Source: a virus (lineage: Duplodnaviria; Caudoviricetes). From it: DNA of 35,160 nt. The position numbers were made by a program, and so were the translations under genes. Location: positions 1 to 35,160 of the IMG/VR virus record IMGVR_UViG_3300024051_000009; one strand, 5' to 3'. The notes below the pieces were generated by a model. The model worked only from the letters and a program-made list of their open reading frames with translations, was not told the origin of the DNA and made no database searches. Of the stretch, positions 25,289 to 35,160 are shown piece after piece. Within the stretch, counting starts at the first letter, position 1; each line of letters starts with the position of its first letter.

Positions 25289-25291
25289 CCC

Positions 25292-25597
25292 GTGGGTGAC
25301 CGGAAGATGACACCGACCGAGCAGGCCCTCAACTCGGCGCAGGTCCGGGAAGCGCTCAACGCGCGGGCGCGACTCATCCTGCCGCGCGCCGTGCGGGTCG
25401 CCGCTACCGCGGGCGCATCCCAGCTCGCGGCGCGGCTCACCACAGAGAGCGGTACGAGGCCGGGCACGAAGGCGACGGGCGGGATGCGGCGACCGTACGC
25501 GCGGGTCATGGCGGACATGCCGCAGGACGCGCGCGTTGCCGATGCCGGGGCGAAGCTCACGCCGCGCGCCGTGCTGAGGAGGGCGTCCAGTGGCTGA
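25292..25597 (+). CDS. Neck protein (HK97 gp10-like position)
   Basis: Synteny, size and basic composition. Confidence 0.6.
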   Translation: MGDRKMTPTEQALNSAQVREALNARARLILPRAVRVAATAGASQLAARLTTESGTRPGTKATGGMRRPYARVMADMPQDARVADAGAKLTPRAVLRRASSG

Positions 25598-25985
25598 CCC
25601 GACGCGGCGGTGGGTGAACCTCGAGCGGGCCGTCGGCCGGTACCTCGGCGACGTCACCGGGCACCTGGTGTACACCGAGTCGGCTTCGACGATGCCAGCC
25701 GCCTACGTCACGGTCGAGCGGGTTGGCGGCGGTGGGCAAGGGGCGGACCGGGACGTCGACATCGAGGTCACCGTCACCGCACCCACCCGCCCCGCGATGT
25801 GGGACCTCGCCGCTGACGTCGAGTCAGCGATGGACGCGCTCGCGTCCGCCGACGCGACGACCGGCGTGTACGTCGATGACGTTGCCACAGCGTTCGGGTT
25901 CGCTTCCGACCCGCCGCCCGACCCCACACGACGTCGCGCGCGCGCGACGTTCACCCTGACCGTCCGCCCGATGCGCACGGCCTGA
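25590..25985 (+). CDS. Tail terminator
   Basis: YVTVERVGGG...DIEV...RATFTLTVR; precedes the major tail gene. Confidence 0.75.
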   Translation: MADPTRRWVNLERAVGRYLGDVTGHLVYTESASTMPAAYVTVERVGGGGQGADRDVDIEVTVTAPTRPAMWDLAADVESAMDALASADATTGVYVDDVATAFGFASDPPPDPTRRRARATFTLTVRPMRTA

Positions 25986-26044
25986 CACTCCCCACCCATC
26001 ACCCCACCGGCCCGCAGCGGCCGGACGCACCGAAGGAGACCATC

Positions 26045-26689
26045 ATGGCTGACGCGTTCGGCGATCTGCTGGCCGTCGACAACTCCCTGATCCGCAAGTT
26101 CGGCCGCGTGCTCGTGGCCGTGCAGGACTACAGCGAGCCCGTGCCCGACTCGTTCTACGACGAGAACGGCCTGCCCGTGCTGCCGGAGACCGCGAAGCAG
26201 CTCGGGTTCATCACGACCGACGGCGTCACCCAGGGCAAGGCCGTGTCCGCGACGGACACGACGATGCTGCAGTGGGTCGACCCCGTCCGGTCCGACCTCG
26301 AGTCGGTCGTGAAGACCCTCGCCTGCTCGTTCGGTGAGGCGACGAACGCATGGGTTCGAGCCGTGTACGAGGGCAAGCAGGTGTCTGACTTCCCGGCATC
26401 CGCGAAGGCCCCGTGGTCGTTCGACGACGGCGAGTTCGTCGACTTCCCGTACTACCGGCTGTGGCTCCTCGCTGCCGACGGTGTCGGCGACCAGGCGTTC
26501 TACCGGGTCGAGTACCACCCGTACGCGAAGGTCACGTCGACCACCGACCGAACCCTCGCCCGCGCGAACCCGGAGACGATCGGCTTCACGTTCGGCATCT
26601 TCAAGGACCCGGCGACGGGTACCGCGCAGATCACGAACGAGAACGGCCCCGGGTTCGGCATCGAGCCCGTCGAGGACCCCGAGCCATGA
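26045..26689 (+). CDS. Major tail protein
   Basis: AAGGAG RBS; LGFITTDGV...PVRSD; 214 aa; position. Confidence 0.88.
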   Translation: MADAFGDLLAVDNSLIRKFGRVLVAVQDYSEPVPDSFYDENGLPVLPETAKQLGFITTDGVTQGKAVSATDTTMLQWVDPVRSDLESVVKTLACSFGEATNAWVRAVYEGKQVSDFPASAKAPWSFDDGEFVDFPYYRLWLLAADGVGDQAFYRVEYHPYAKVTSTTDRTLARANPETIGFTFGIFKDPATGTAQITNENGPGFGIEPVEDPEP

Positions 26690-26691
26690 CC

Positions 26692-26783
26692 GGTGACCCG
26701 CACGCGCGGGTCACCATCTGAACCAGGCCGGGCGGGACTCCGGGGAGTGGTCCCGCCCGGCCTGTCAACTCCCACCAACTCCC
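26692..26783 (+). other. Tandem hairpins / possible pseudoknot between major tail and chaperone genes
   Basis: 10-bp stem 26692-26715; 15-bp stem 26724-26764 whose loop GGGAGT complements ACTCCC at 26768 and 26778. Confidence 0.5.
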
Positions 26784-26804
26784 AACCGAAGGGAAACGCC
26801 CACC

Positions 26805-27170
26805 ATGACGAAGCGACGCCGCATCCGCGCCGACCGGTTCCGCTCTCAGCTCGCCGAGAACGTCCTCGGCCCCGACGGGCTCGTCGAGGTCGAGGTCAAC
26901 GGCGACGGGGACTGCGTGTACATCCGCCTCCCGCTGCTGTTGCCCGACGGCGACCCCTACCCCGACCAGCTCAACAACGCGCGGACCGCGGACGACCCCG
27001 ACCGGGCCGTCGCGCTTGTGGTCCTCGGGCACCACCCCGACCGGACCGCCGAGGACCAGCTCGACCTGTGGCTCCGGTCCGGAAACACCCTCACGGACCT
27101 CGCCGCGATCTTCGCGGTCGAGACGCAGGACGCCCGGGAGCGCCTGGGAAACTTCCGCTACAGCGGCTGA
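26805..27170 (+). CDS. Tail assembly chaperone (G)
   Basis: Between major tail and tape measure; ends LGNFRYSG. Confidence 0.85.
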   Translation: MTKRRRIRADRFRSQLAENVLGPDGLVEVEVNGDGDCVYIRLPLLLPDGDPYPDQLNNARTADDPDRAVALVVLGHHPDRTAEDQLDLWLRSGNTLTDLAAIFAVETQDARERLGNFRYSG

Positions 27171-27604
27171 GTGACCTCCTCGGGCCGGAGCCCGAGGCGG
27201 TCGAGGCGTCGCTGTTGCAGACGTACGCACCACGTGACCCCCTGGCGGAGTTCTGCCAAGGGGTCATCACGTTCCGGCAGCTCCGCGTCATGGTGCAGGG
27301 GCTGGCGATGGACCAGACGACCCCGATCGGCCGGATCGTCGGCGGGCCGTGGGGCGACCGCGAACGCCTCCTCGCGGACGTCGCTACGACCCTGCGGCAC
27401 ATCGCCGCCGGGTACATGAACGTTCACCGGCCGGCGGGGACACCACCAGTCGATGTCGAGCCGATCCCCATGCCTACGCCGACCGTGTACCAGCGGAAGG
27501 CCGCGAAGCGGCGGGCACACGGCACACGACACGAACGCGAGTCCGAGGCGGGCCTGCTCGCGGTGCTCGCACGCGACCGAGAGGAGGCCCCCGGTGTCGG
27601 GTGA
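26805..27604 (+). CDS. Tail assembly chaperone G-T fusion via programmed -1 frameshift
   Basis: Slippery G GGA AAC at 27146-27152 in X XXY YYZ phase; the -1 frame is open to 27604 (…LLGPEPEAVEASL…FRQLRVMVQGL…). Confidence 0.85.
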
Positions 27605-30600
27605 CGTGGTCTGGATCGACGTGCTGCCGTCCCTCGCTGGTTTCGCTGGGAAGCTTCAGCAGGGCACCACCCAGGCCGGGGCGGACGCTGGTAAGGCGTC
27701 CGGCTCGGCCTGGGGCAAGGCGTTCGGGAACAGCGCCGGTGGCGCGGCGACAGGTGTCGCTGCCGAGCTGGAGAAGAACGAGAAGCGGGCACGGAAGGCC
27801 GTCGACGACGCGACCGTCGCGATCGGGAAGGCGCGGAACTCGCAGCGGGAGGCCGCGGCGCGGACCCTGCTCGCCGAGCAGTCCTTGTCGGACGCGATCG
27901 CGAAATACGGGGAGGGGTCGGCCCGTGCGGAGGCCGCGTCGCTGCGGCTCGAGGTCGCACGCGACAAGGAGGCGACCGCCGCGAAGGGCGTCGTCGACGC
28001 TGAGACCGCGCTGCGTGCCGCGGCGAACGAAGCGACGGAAGCGACGAACCAGCTCGAGTCTGCCGAGGCTGACCTCGCGTCCGGGATGAAGGACACGACT
28101 GACCGGGCCGAGGAGCAGCGCGCCGCGTGGGGTGACCTGAAGGACACGCTCAAGACCGGTGCCGTCGCCACCGCCGCCGCGTTCGCTGCCGTCGTCGCCG
28201 CCGGGAAGGGCCTGTACGACGTCGGCGCGACGTTCGACGACGTGTCCGACACAATCCGCACGCAGACCGGTGCGACGGGCACAGCCCTGTCCGCGCTCGA
28301 GGATTCGGTCAAGACGGTCGCGACGTCCGTCCCGACGGACTTCGAGACCGCGACGGACGCCGTCGCCGGGCTGCACCAGCGGCTCGGGCTGACGGGCAGC
28401 ACCCTCGAGACCGTCGCATCACAGGTCGTCGAGGCCGGGAACATGATCGGCGAGGCGCTGAACCTCGACACCGTCACTGGGTCGTTGAACGCGTTCCAGG
28501 TGTCCGGTGAGGACACGTCTGCTGCGCTCGACTCGCTGTTCCGGGTGTCGCAGGCCACCGGCATCGGGATGAACGACCTCGCGCAGCGGCTCGAGGCGCA
28601 GGCCCCGGCAGTGCAGGCGCTCGGGTTCTCGTACGACGACGCCGCCGCGATGATCGGCAACCTCGACCAGGCCGGTCTGAACTCGCAGGCGATCATGGCG
28701 GCGATGTCGAAGGGTCTCGTGACCCTCGCGAAGGACGGGGAGGAGCCCGCCGCCGCGTTCCAGCGGGTCGTCGACGAGATCGGTGGGTTCATCGATGCGG
28801 GCGACCAGGCGTCCGCACTGGACCTCGCGGCGCAGGTCTTCGGGACGCGTGGCGCGACGCAGTTCATCGGTGCACTGCAGTCCGGTGCGCTCGCGCTCGA
28901 TGACCTGTCCGCGGCGTCCGGTGCGTCGTCCGACACGATCCTCGGTGCCGCGGCCGACACTCACGACTTCGCCGAGGCGTGGGAGATGTTCAAGAACGAC
29001 GTGCTCGTGCAGGTCGAGCCGATCGCGTCCCGTGTCTTCGGGCTCATCGGTGAGGGCATGTCGTGGCTGCGGGAGACCGGCCTGCCCGTCCTGAAGGACA
29101 TCGGCGGTGAGGTCATCGACCGTGTCGGTCCCGCGTTCGAGGCGTTCGGCGGGTTCATCACGGACAAGCTCGTTCCCGGGTTCAAGTCGACGGTCGAGTG
29201 GGTGCAGAAGAACCAGGACTGGCTGAAGGCCGTCGGGGTGACGGTCGGCACGGTCGTCGCGATCTGGGGGGCGTACAAGCTCGCGACCGCGGCGTGGACC
29301 GTCGCGACGAACGCCGCGAAGGCGGCACAGCTCGCGTTCAACGTCGTGATGAGCGCGAACCCGGTCATGCTCGTCGTGACCGCGATCGCCGCGCTCGTCG
29401 CCGGGCTCGTGTACTTCTTCACGCAGACCGACACCGGCAGGCAGATCTGGGAGTCGTTCACCTCCGCACTGTCGACCGCATGGCAGGCGACCGTCGACGC
29501 GATCACGACCGCGTGGACGTGGCTCGGGGACACCCTGCAGGCCGGGTGGCAGTGGATCGACGAGAACGTCGTGCAGCGTGCCGTCGCCGGGTGGCAGTGG
29601 ATCGTCGACGCGTTCACCACCGCGAAGGACGCGATCGGTGACGCATGGTCCGCTCTCGGCGACGGGCTGCAGGCGGGGTGGCAGTGGATCGTCGACCACG
29701 TCGTCACCCCGTATGTCGCCGGGTGGCAGTGGATGTGGGACAAGGTCGTCGCGGTGAAGGACGCGGTCCTCGACGCATGGGGTCGGGTGAAGTCCGGACT
29801 GAAGGCCGGGTGGGACTGGATTCGCGAGAACGTCGTCAACGCCTACGCGAACGCGTGGGACAACATCCGCGAGAAGTTCAACCGGGTGAAGGACGCCGTC
29901 CTCGACGCTTGGGGAAGCGTGAAGTCCGGGCTGAAGGCCGGGTTCGACTGGATCGTCGACCACGTCGTCGACCCGCTGAAGAACGCCGTCGGGAAGATCG
30001 GCGACGCGTTCGGTGCAGCGAAGGACGTCATCGGTGCCGCGTGGGACAAGGTGAAGGAGGCCGCGGCGAAGCCCGTGAACTTCGTCATCGAGACGGTGTA
30101 CACGAAGGGCATCAAGGGGACGTTCGACAAGATCGCGTCGTCCGTCGGCCTGTCACTGCGCCTTCCCACGATCACCCCGCTGCACTTCGCGACCGGTGGG
30201 GTCCTGCCCGGGTGGACACCCGGGCGTGACGTGCACAAGTTCGTGTCACCGACCGGTGGTCGTCTCGACCTGTCCGGCGGTGAGGCGATCATGCGGCCCG
30301 AGTTCACGCGGGCCGTCGGTGGACCCGCCGGGGTGCAGGCGCTCAACGCCGCGGCGATCGCCGGGGCGCTCGGCCGTCAAGCCTTCGCCGGCGGTGGTGT
30401 GTTCGGGTGGCTCGGGTCCGCCGCGTCCGGCGTCGGGCACTTCCTGTCGTCCGTCGGGTCGTCGATCAAGGACGCCGTCGTGAACGTCGGCGCGTTCCTC
30501 GCGAACCCACTCGAGGGCATCAAGGAGCTCATCGAGAAGCCTGTGCGGGCGATGCTGAAGAACATCGGCGGCGGGGACGTCGGCACGATGCTGTCCGAGC

Positions 30601-31325
30601 TGCCGCTGCAGTCCGTGGCCGCGCTCGCCCGGAAGGTCGTCGGCCTCGTCGACGACATCGCCGGGGCGAACGGTGCGTGGTCGCTGCCGTCCCGTGGACC
30701 CATCACCTCGGGCTACGGGGCGCGGAAGGCACCTCTCTCCGGGGCGTCGACGTTCCACGCGGGCATCGACATCGCCGGCGGCGGTCCCACGTACGCGGCA
30801 GCGGCCGGGACGGTCGAGCGCACCGGGTGGAACGTCTTCGGCGCGCGATCCGGCATCGGCATCCTCCTCGACCACGGCGACGGCATCAAGACGCGATACA
30901 TGCACAACCCCGTGAACGGGGTCGTGGTGTCCCCGGGGGACCGCGTGAAGGCCGGGCAGCACATCGGAGCGCAGGGCGCGACGGGGAACGTGACCGGCAC
31001 GCACCTGCACTTCGAGGTCCACAAGGGCGGGACGACGACCGACCCGGCCGCGTTCCTGCGGTCCAAGGGCGTGAAGGTCGGGACATACGACACCGGCGGT
31101 GTCCTGCCCCCGGGGGACACCCTCGTGCGCAACCTCACGGGACGACCCGAGATGGTCCTCAACCCCGCGCAGACCGCACGACAGGACCGGCCGATCGACC
31201 TGTCCGCGTCGACGATCGACGACCTCGCACGACGCATCGCGGACCACCTCGGCGTCGTCGCGGCGTCGTCGCGGCAGGTCCAGCGGGCCGTCGCGCTCGC
31301 CCGCACGACCGAGAGGATGGGCTGA
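27594..31325 (+). CDS. Tape measure protein with C-terminal M23 peptidase
   Basis: GTG 27594 with GAGGAGG RBS; Ala-rich helices; Trp-periodic repeats; HAGID, YMH, HLHFE. Confidence 0.94.
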   Translation: MSGDVVWIDVLPSLAGFAGKLQQGTTQAGADAGKASGSAWGKAFGNSAGGAATGVAAELEKNEKRARKAVDDATVAIGKARNSQREAAARTLLAEQSLSDAIAKYGEGSARAEAASLRLEVARDKEATAAKGVVDAETALRAAANEATEATNQLESAEADLASGMKDTTDRAEEQRAAWGDLKDTLKTGAVATAAAFAAVVAAGKGLYDVGATFDDVSDTIRTQTGATGTALSALEDSVKTVATSVPTDFETATDAVAGLHQRLGLTGSTLETVASQVVEAGNMIGEALNLDTVTGSLNAFQVSGEDTSAALDSLFRVSQATGIGMNDLAQRLEAQAPAVQALGFSYDDAAAMIGNLDQAGLNSQAIMAAMSKGLVTLAKDGEEPAAAFQRVVDEIGGFIDAGDQASALDLAAQVFGTRGATQFIGALQSGALALDDLSAASGASSDTILGAAADTHDFAEAWEMFKNDVLVQVEPIASRVFGLIGEGMSWLRETGLPVLKDIGGEVIDRVGPAFEAFGGFITDKLVPGFKSTVEWVQKNQDWLKAVGVTVGTVVAIWGAYKLATAAWTVATNAAKAAQLAFNVVMSANPVMLVVTAIAALVAGLVYFFTQTDTGRQIWESFTSALSTAWQATVDAITTAWTWLGDTLQAGWQWIDENVVQRAVAGWQWIVDAFTTAKDAIGDAWSALGDGLQAGWQWIVDHVVTPYVAGWQWMWDKVVAVKDAVLDAWGRVKSGLKAGWDWIRENVVNAYANAWDNIREKFNRVKDAVLDAWGSVKSGLKAGFDWIVDHVVDPLKNAVGKIGDAFGAAKDVIGAAWDKVKEAAAKPVNFVIETVYTKGIKGTFDKIASSVGLSLRLPTITPLHFATGGVLPGWTPGRDVHKFVSPTGGRLDLSGGEAIMRPEFTRAVGGPAGVQALNAAAIAGALGRQAFAGGGVFGWLGSAASGVGHFLSSVGSSIKDAVVNVGAFLANPLEGIKELIEKPVRAMLKNIGGGDVGTMLSELPLQSVAALARKVVGLVDDIAGANGAWSLPSRGPITSGYGARKAPLSGASTFHAGIDIAGGGPTYAAAAGTVERTGWNVFGARSGIGILLDHGDGIKTRYMHNPVNGVVVSPGDRVKAGQHIGAQGATGNVTGTHLHFEVHKGGTTTDPAAFLRSKGVKVGTYDTGGVLPPGDTLVRNLTGRPEMVLNPAQTARQDRPIDLSASTIDDLARRIADHLGVVAASSRQVQRAVALARTTERMG
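29535..29960 (+). repeat. 132-bp (44-aa) tandem repeats in the tape measure gene
   Basis: CTGCAGGCxGGGTGGCAGTGGATCG at 29535/29667; GTGAAGGACGCxGTCCTCGACGC at 29754/29886. Confidence 0.75.
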
Positions 31326-31328
31326 ACC

Positions 31329-33803
31329 GTGGCTGTCGTGTGGGGGTCGGGTGCAGGTGCCGGGTACGGCATCTTCTACGCCGGGATCGACGTGTCGGTA
31401 TCCGGCACGACCGTGACGTGCCGGTACTACGTGAAGACCGACGCGAACAGCGTCGACGACACGCAGACAGCGACGTTCGCGGGGTCCGTCACCGGGACGC
31501 AGAACTACTCGATGACGACCCCGAACGGCGCGGCACAGCTCATCGCGACGAAGACCTTCTCCGCGGCGTGCGGCACGTCCGGCAGTGTGAAGCTCACACT
31601 GTCCGGCCTGTTCTCGTCGTCGACCGCCCGCCCGACTGTGACGGCCGGGTGGGCGGTCCCCGCGCTCGTCCCGTCCGCGTCGTCCGCGCCGACGGTGTCG
31701 GCGATCACCGCGTCGAGCGCGAAGCTCGCGTGGACGTCGTCGTCGACGCAGGGCAACGGCGCGCCGATCACGGCGTGGCAGTTGCAGGTGTCGACGTCGT
31801 CCGGGTTCGGGTCGCCCGTGTACGACTCGTCGTCGGCGTCGACCCCGCAGACCGTGTCCGGTCTGTCCGGGCAGACGGCGTACTACGCGAGGGTCCGCGG
31901 CCGGAACTCCGTCGGGTGGGGTGCGTGGTCGTCGGCGCGTTCGTTCACGACCGCGCCCGCGGCCCCGTCCGCGCCGACCGGTGTGACGGTATCCCGCACG
32001 GCGGACACGTCGCACACCGTGTCGTGGACGCGGGCCGCGTCAGCGACCGCTCCGTACACGTCGCAGCTCGTGCAGCGGCTCGACATCGTCACCGGTGTGT
32101 GGTCGACCGTCGCGACCCTCGGTGGTGCCTCGACGACCGGTGGGCAGTCGTGGACGGACACCGGCACGTCCGCGAACCGGTCATACCGGTGGCGGGTCGC
32201 GGGCGTCAACGCGTCCGGGACGGCGACGTCGTCGCAGTCCGCGGTCGTGTACACCACACCGGCCGCGCCGGCGAACCTGGCGGCGGAGAAGATCGCGTCG
32301 GCGATCCGGCTCCTGTGGTCGAACCGGTCGACGTACACCTGCCAGGTGCAGGTCTGGCACGCCGCTGACGGGGTGTGGGACGGGTCGCCGTTGGCGACGC
32401 TCGCGGCCGGTGCGTCACCGACGTACACGCACGCATCACCGAACCCAGCGCAGACGCACCAGTACCGGGTGCGCGCCGTGCAGGGGTCGCTCGTGTCGGG
32501 GTACACGACGTCCGGTGTGGTGCAGCTCGACGCACCGCCGAACGCACCGACACCGACCGCGACACCGGGGTGGGTCGACGCGCACGCACCGGTCACAGTC
32601 CGGTGGCGGCACAACCCGGTCGACATGGCCGCGCAGACGAAGTACGCGCTGCGGTGGCGGTACGCGGGTTCGTCCACGTGGACAACCCTCGCGACGGTCA
32701 CGTCGTCGACGCCCGCGCACACGTTCGCGGTCGACACATTCACACCGGACGTGACCGTCGAGTGGCAGGCGCAGACGTGGGGCGTGCACCCGACGGCGTC
32801 GCCGTGGTCCGCGACCGCGGTCGTACGGACGTCGGAGCCGCCGCAGGCGACGATCATGATGCCCGGGGATGTCATCTCGTCGCCCGTCGTCGCGGCCGAA
32901 GTCGCGTACTACCAGGCGGCCGGTGTGCTGCCCGCTGGGTGGCAGACCGAGCTCGTGGACTCCGACGGTGCGACCGTCGAGACACGCTCGGGGAGCGTCA
33001 CCGAGGACACCGCCGTCGTGTACCCGCCGTGGTTCACGACGACGATCCCCGACGGGTCGTCGTGGACGATGCGGGCACGCATGCAGTCCGGTGCAGGCAT
33101 GTGGTCCGAGTGGGCCGAGCAGCCGTTCACGGCGGACTACCCCGAGCCCATCCCGCCAACCGTCGGTGCCGTGTGGAACCGCGACGGCGGGTCCGTGGAT
33201 GTCGTCATCGAGAACCCAGCAGGGGAGTCGGGCGAACCAGACGTCGTGTCGAACGACGTGTACCGGTCGACCGACGGTGGGGCGACGTGGGTGCAGATCG
33301 CGACCGGCGTCACCCCGAACGGGGTCCTCACGGACCCGATCCCGCCGCTGAACCGGCCGTCCCGCTACCGGGTCGTCGCATGGTCGGACGTCCCGTCGTC
33401 GATGTCCTCGGACTCCGACGACATCACGCCCGACGAGCCGGGGTGGCTGTGGGTGAACTACGGCCCGGGGTGGGCGACGACCGTCCGCATGTACGGGAAC
33501 CTCGCGCTGTCGGGGAAGGTCTCGCGCGCCCGGGCCCTGCACGCGTTCGCAGGCCGCCCCCGCCGGGTCGCGTTCATCGGGGACGCGACGACCCTCACGC
33601 TTACCGTCGACGGTCGCCTCACCCCGGACGCGTCGTCACTGACGGAGTGGGAGACCGCGGCGCTCGAGTCGGACGTCGTGTGCATCCGCGACCCGAAGGG
33701 GCGGCGGGTGTTCGGGATCATCCCCGAGCTGTCGCACTCGTGGCAGACGCCGACGCTCGTCGGCATCTCGTTCACCGTGGAGGAGGTCGACCATGACGAG
33801 TGA
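31329..33803 (+). CDS. Minor tail protein with multiple fibronectin type III domains
   Basis: Repeated APSAPT...VSWT...Y.WRV.G.N..G patterns; directly after the tape measure gene. Confidence 0.85.
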   Translation: MAVVWGSGAGAGYGIFYAGIDVSVSGTTVTCRYYVKTDANSVDDTQTATFAGSVTGTQNYSMTTPNGAAQLIATKTFSAACGTSGSVKLTLSGLFSSSTARPTVTAGWAVPALVPSASSAPTVSAITASSAKLAWTSSSTQGNGAPITAWQLQVSTSSGFGSPVYDSSSASTPQTVSGLSGQTAYYARVRGRNSVGWGAWSSARSFTTAPAAPSAPTGVTVSRTADTSHTVSWTRAASATAPYTSQLVQRLDIVTGVWSTVATLGGASTTGGQSWTDTGTSANRSYRWRVAGVNASGTATSSQSAVVYTTPAAPANLAAEKIASAIRLLWSNRSTYTCQVQVWHAADGVWDGSPLATLAAGASPTYTHASPNPAQTHQYRVRAVQGSLVSGYTTSGVVQLDAPPNAPTPTATPGWVDAHAPVTVRWRHNPVDMAAQTKYALRWRYAGSSTWTTLATVTSSTPAHTFAVDTFTPDVTVEWQAQTWGVHPTASPWSATAVVRTSEPPQATIMMPGDVISSPVVAAEVAYYQAAGVLPAGWQTELVDSDGATVETRSGSVTEDTAVVYPPWFTTTIPDGSSWTMRARMQSGAGMWSEWAEQPFTADYPEPIPPTVGAVWNRDGGSVDVVIENPAGESGEPDVVSNDVYRSTDGGATWVQIATGVTPNGVLTDPIPPLNRPSRYRVVAWSDVPSSMSSDSDDITPDEPGWLWVNYGPGWATTVRMYGNLALSGKVSRARALHAFAGRPRRVAFIGDATTLTLTVDGRLTPDASSLTEWETAALESDVVCIRDPKGRRVFGIIPELSHSWQTPTLVGISFTVEEVDHDE

Positions 33804-34860
33804 GGTCCCCGACCTCGACGTGTTCGCGGGGACCCGCACCACGGCGTTCACGGTCGACCTCCTCGACGCCGATGGGCAGTATCTCGGTCCGATCCGTGGG
33901 GTGACCGGCGGGAACTTGACACTGTCGGCTGCGACGTCCGTGAAGGTCGGGGGGAGTATCGACGTCGTCGACGTCGACGGGATCGACTGGACGTCCGCGC
34001 GGGTCCGTATCCGTGCGGACGTCAACGGGCACGGGTGGCCGCTCGGTGTGTTCGTTCCGTCCGCGCCGTCCGCCGCGTGGGCTGAAGGGGTGCGGTCGTG
34101 GACCGTCGAGCTGCTGGGGATGTGCACGACCCTCGACCAGGACAGGCTTCCGACGTCACTGTCGTACCCGGCGGGCACGGTCGTGACGGACGCGGTCCGC
34201 GCGCAGATCACGGCGGCGGGGCAGTCGGGTGCCGCGGTCACGGACTCCCCGGCGACGCTCGCCGGGGGGATGGTGTGGGAGGCGGGGACGTCCCGCCTGC
34301 AGGTCATCAACGACATGCTCGCCGCGGCGGGGTACTGGTCGCTGTCGACGGACGGTGACGGGCGGTTCGTCGCCGAGCCGTACGTGCGGCCCGCGGAGCG
34401 CGACCCCCGGTACGGGTTCCTCGACGGTGACGACGCGATCTACCTCGATGCATTCACCCGCGACCAGGACGTGTACAGCATTCCGAACCGCGTCGTGCTC
34501 GTCGGTGTCGCCGACGGGGCCACGCCGGCGTTGACCGCGACCGCGGAGAACACGAACCCTGACTCCCCGTGGGGGTACCCACGGCGTGGGTACTGGATCA
34601 CGTACGCCGAGACGGGAATCGAGGCGACGTCACAGTCCGCGCTGGACGCACTCGCGCGGCGACGGCTTATCGACATGTCGTCCGCGACCGCGACCGTGAA
34701 CCTGCAGCACGCACTCGTCCCGCTCGACCTGAACGACGTCGTCCGGCTGAGGCGGGTACCCGCGGGAATCGACGCGCGCTACACCGTGCAGAGCATGACG
34801 ATCCCGCTCGACCCGCTCGGGCTCGTGTCCACCACACTCAGGGAGGTGGTCGACCTGTGA
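33793..34860 (+). CDS. Minor tail (baseplate hub-like) protein
   Basis: PLGVF, SRLQVINDML...GYWSL..DGDG, IPNRVV; GGAGG RBS. Confidence 0.8.
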   Translation: MTSEVPDLDVFAGTRTTAFTVDLLDADGQYLGPIRGVTGGNLTLSAATSVKVGGSIDVVDVDGIDWTSARVRIRADVNGHGWPLGVFVPSAPSAAWAEGVRSWTVELLGMCTTLDQDRLPTSLSYPAGTVVTDAVRAQITAAGQSGAAVTDSPATLAGGMVWEAGTSRLQVINDMLAAAGYWSLSTDGDGRFVAEPYVRPAERDPRYGFLDGDDAIYLDAFTRDQDVYSIPNRVVLVGVADGATPALTATAENTNPDSPWGYPRRGYWITYAETGIEATSQSALDALARRRLIDMSSATATVNLQHALVPLDLNDVVRLRRVPAGIDARYTVQSMTIPLDPLGLVSTTLREVVDL

Positions 34861-35160
34861 ACGCAGACGACGGGCTCCTCGGCACGATCCAAGCACTGCA
34901 AGGTCGCGTTCGGGCGCTCGAGCAGGACACAGGCGACCGGTGGCGATGGGCGACCGTCACGCAGGCGGCCCCGCTGCGGGTCCGTCTCGACGGCGACGAT
35001 GCGGCCCTGCTCGTCACCCCCGACACGATCGGTGCGGCCCCCGTCGTCGGGCAGCGCGTCTGGTGCCAGATCATCGGACGCCGCGTCGTCGTGCACACGA
35101 GCGCAGCGGGCACTGTCGTCATGCGCACCTACGGGGCCGGGTCGGCGACGTGGACGCGCC
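34857..35160 (+). CDS. Minor tail protein, truncated by the window edge
   Basis: GTGA-coupled; WATVTQAAPLRVRLDGD...VGQRVW. Confidence 0.7.
   Translation, partial: MNADDGLLGTIQALQGRVRALEQDTGDRWRWATVTQAAPLRVRLDGDDAALLVTPDTIGAAPVVGQRVWCQIIGRRVVVHTSAAGTVVMRTYGAGSATWTR

Larger units (their letters stand above)
150..35160. mobile_element. Temperate siphovirus prophage (continues past the right edge)
   Basis: att core, integrase, repressors, recombination/replication genes, terminase, portal, HK97 capsid and tail genes in canonical order. Confidence 0.97.

Noticed and set aside
27146-27152. Frameshift as a sequencing error or novelty
   Set aside because: Canonical programmed -1 slippery site of siphovirus tail chaperones; listed as a feature
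29535-29960. Diversity-generating retroelement TR/VR pair
   Set aside because: Repeats are in-frame 44-aa tape-measure units differing mostly at synonymous sites, and no reverse transcriptase is in the window

Overview
High-GC (actinobacterial, Micrococcales/Cellulomonas-like) DNA that is almost entirely the left ~35 kb of a temperate siphovirus prophage. It is integrated at an initiator tRNA-Met gene: only the duplicated 3' half of the tRNA (150-185, minus strand) and the host terminator are in the window. Gene order: att, tyrosine integrase, XRE repressor/cro-like switch #1, recombination/replication genes (YqaJ exonuclease, Sak4-like ATPase, HNH, C5 methyltransferase, RusA, HTH replication protein), DEDDh-BRCT exonuclease, a second switch (ImmA protease, ImmR-like repressor, cro-like gene, BRO/KilAC antirepressor), more early genes (DUF2303 pair), an antisense toxin-antitoxin cassette, HNH/cos/terminase, HK97-type head, and tail (-1 frameshifted chaperone, tape measure with M23 domain, FN3 minor tail). 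The lysis genes and the other att lie beyond the window. Most notable: the two repressor switches appear wired together. One operator (GTCYA-N7-TRGAC) occurs at the att arm, at switch #1 and at three sites downstream of switch #2, and the ImmR-like repressor carries an ssrA-like degron (DYTLAA) masked by a 16-aa tail. All calls come from reading the sequence by eye; no database searches were run.
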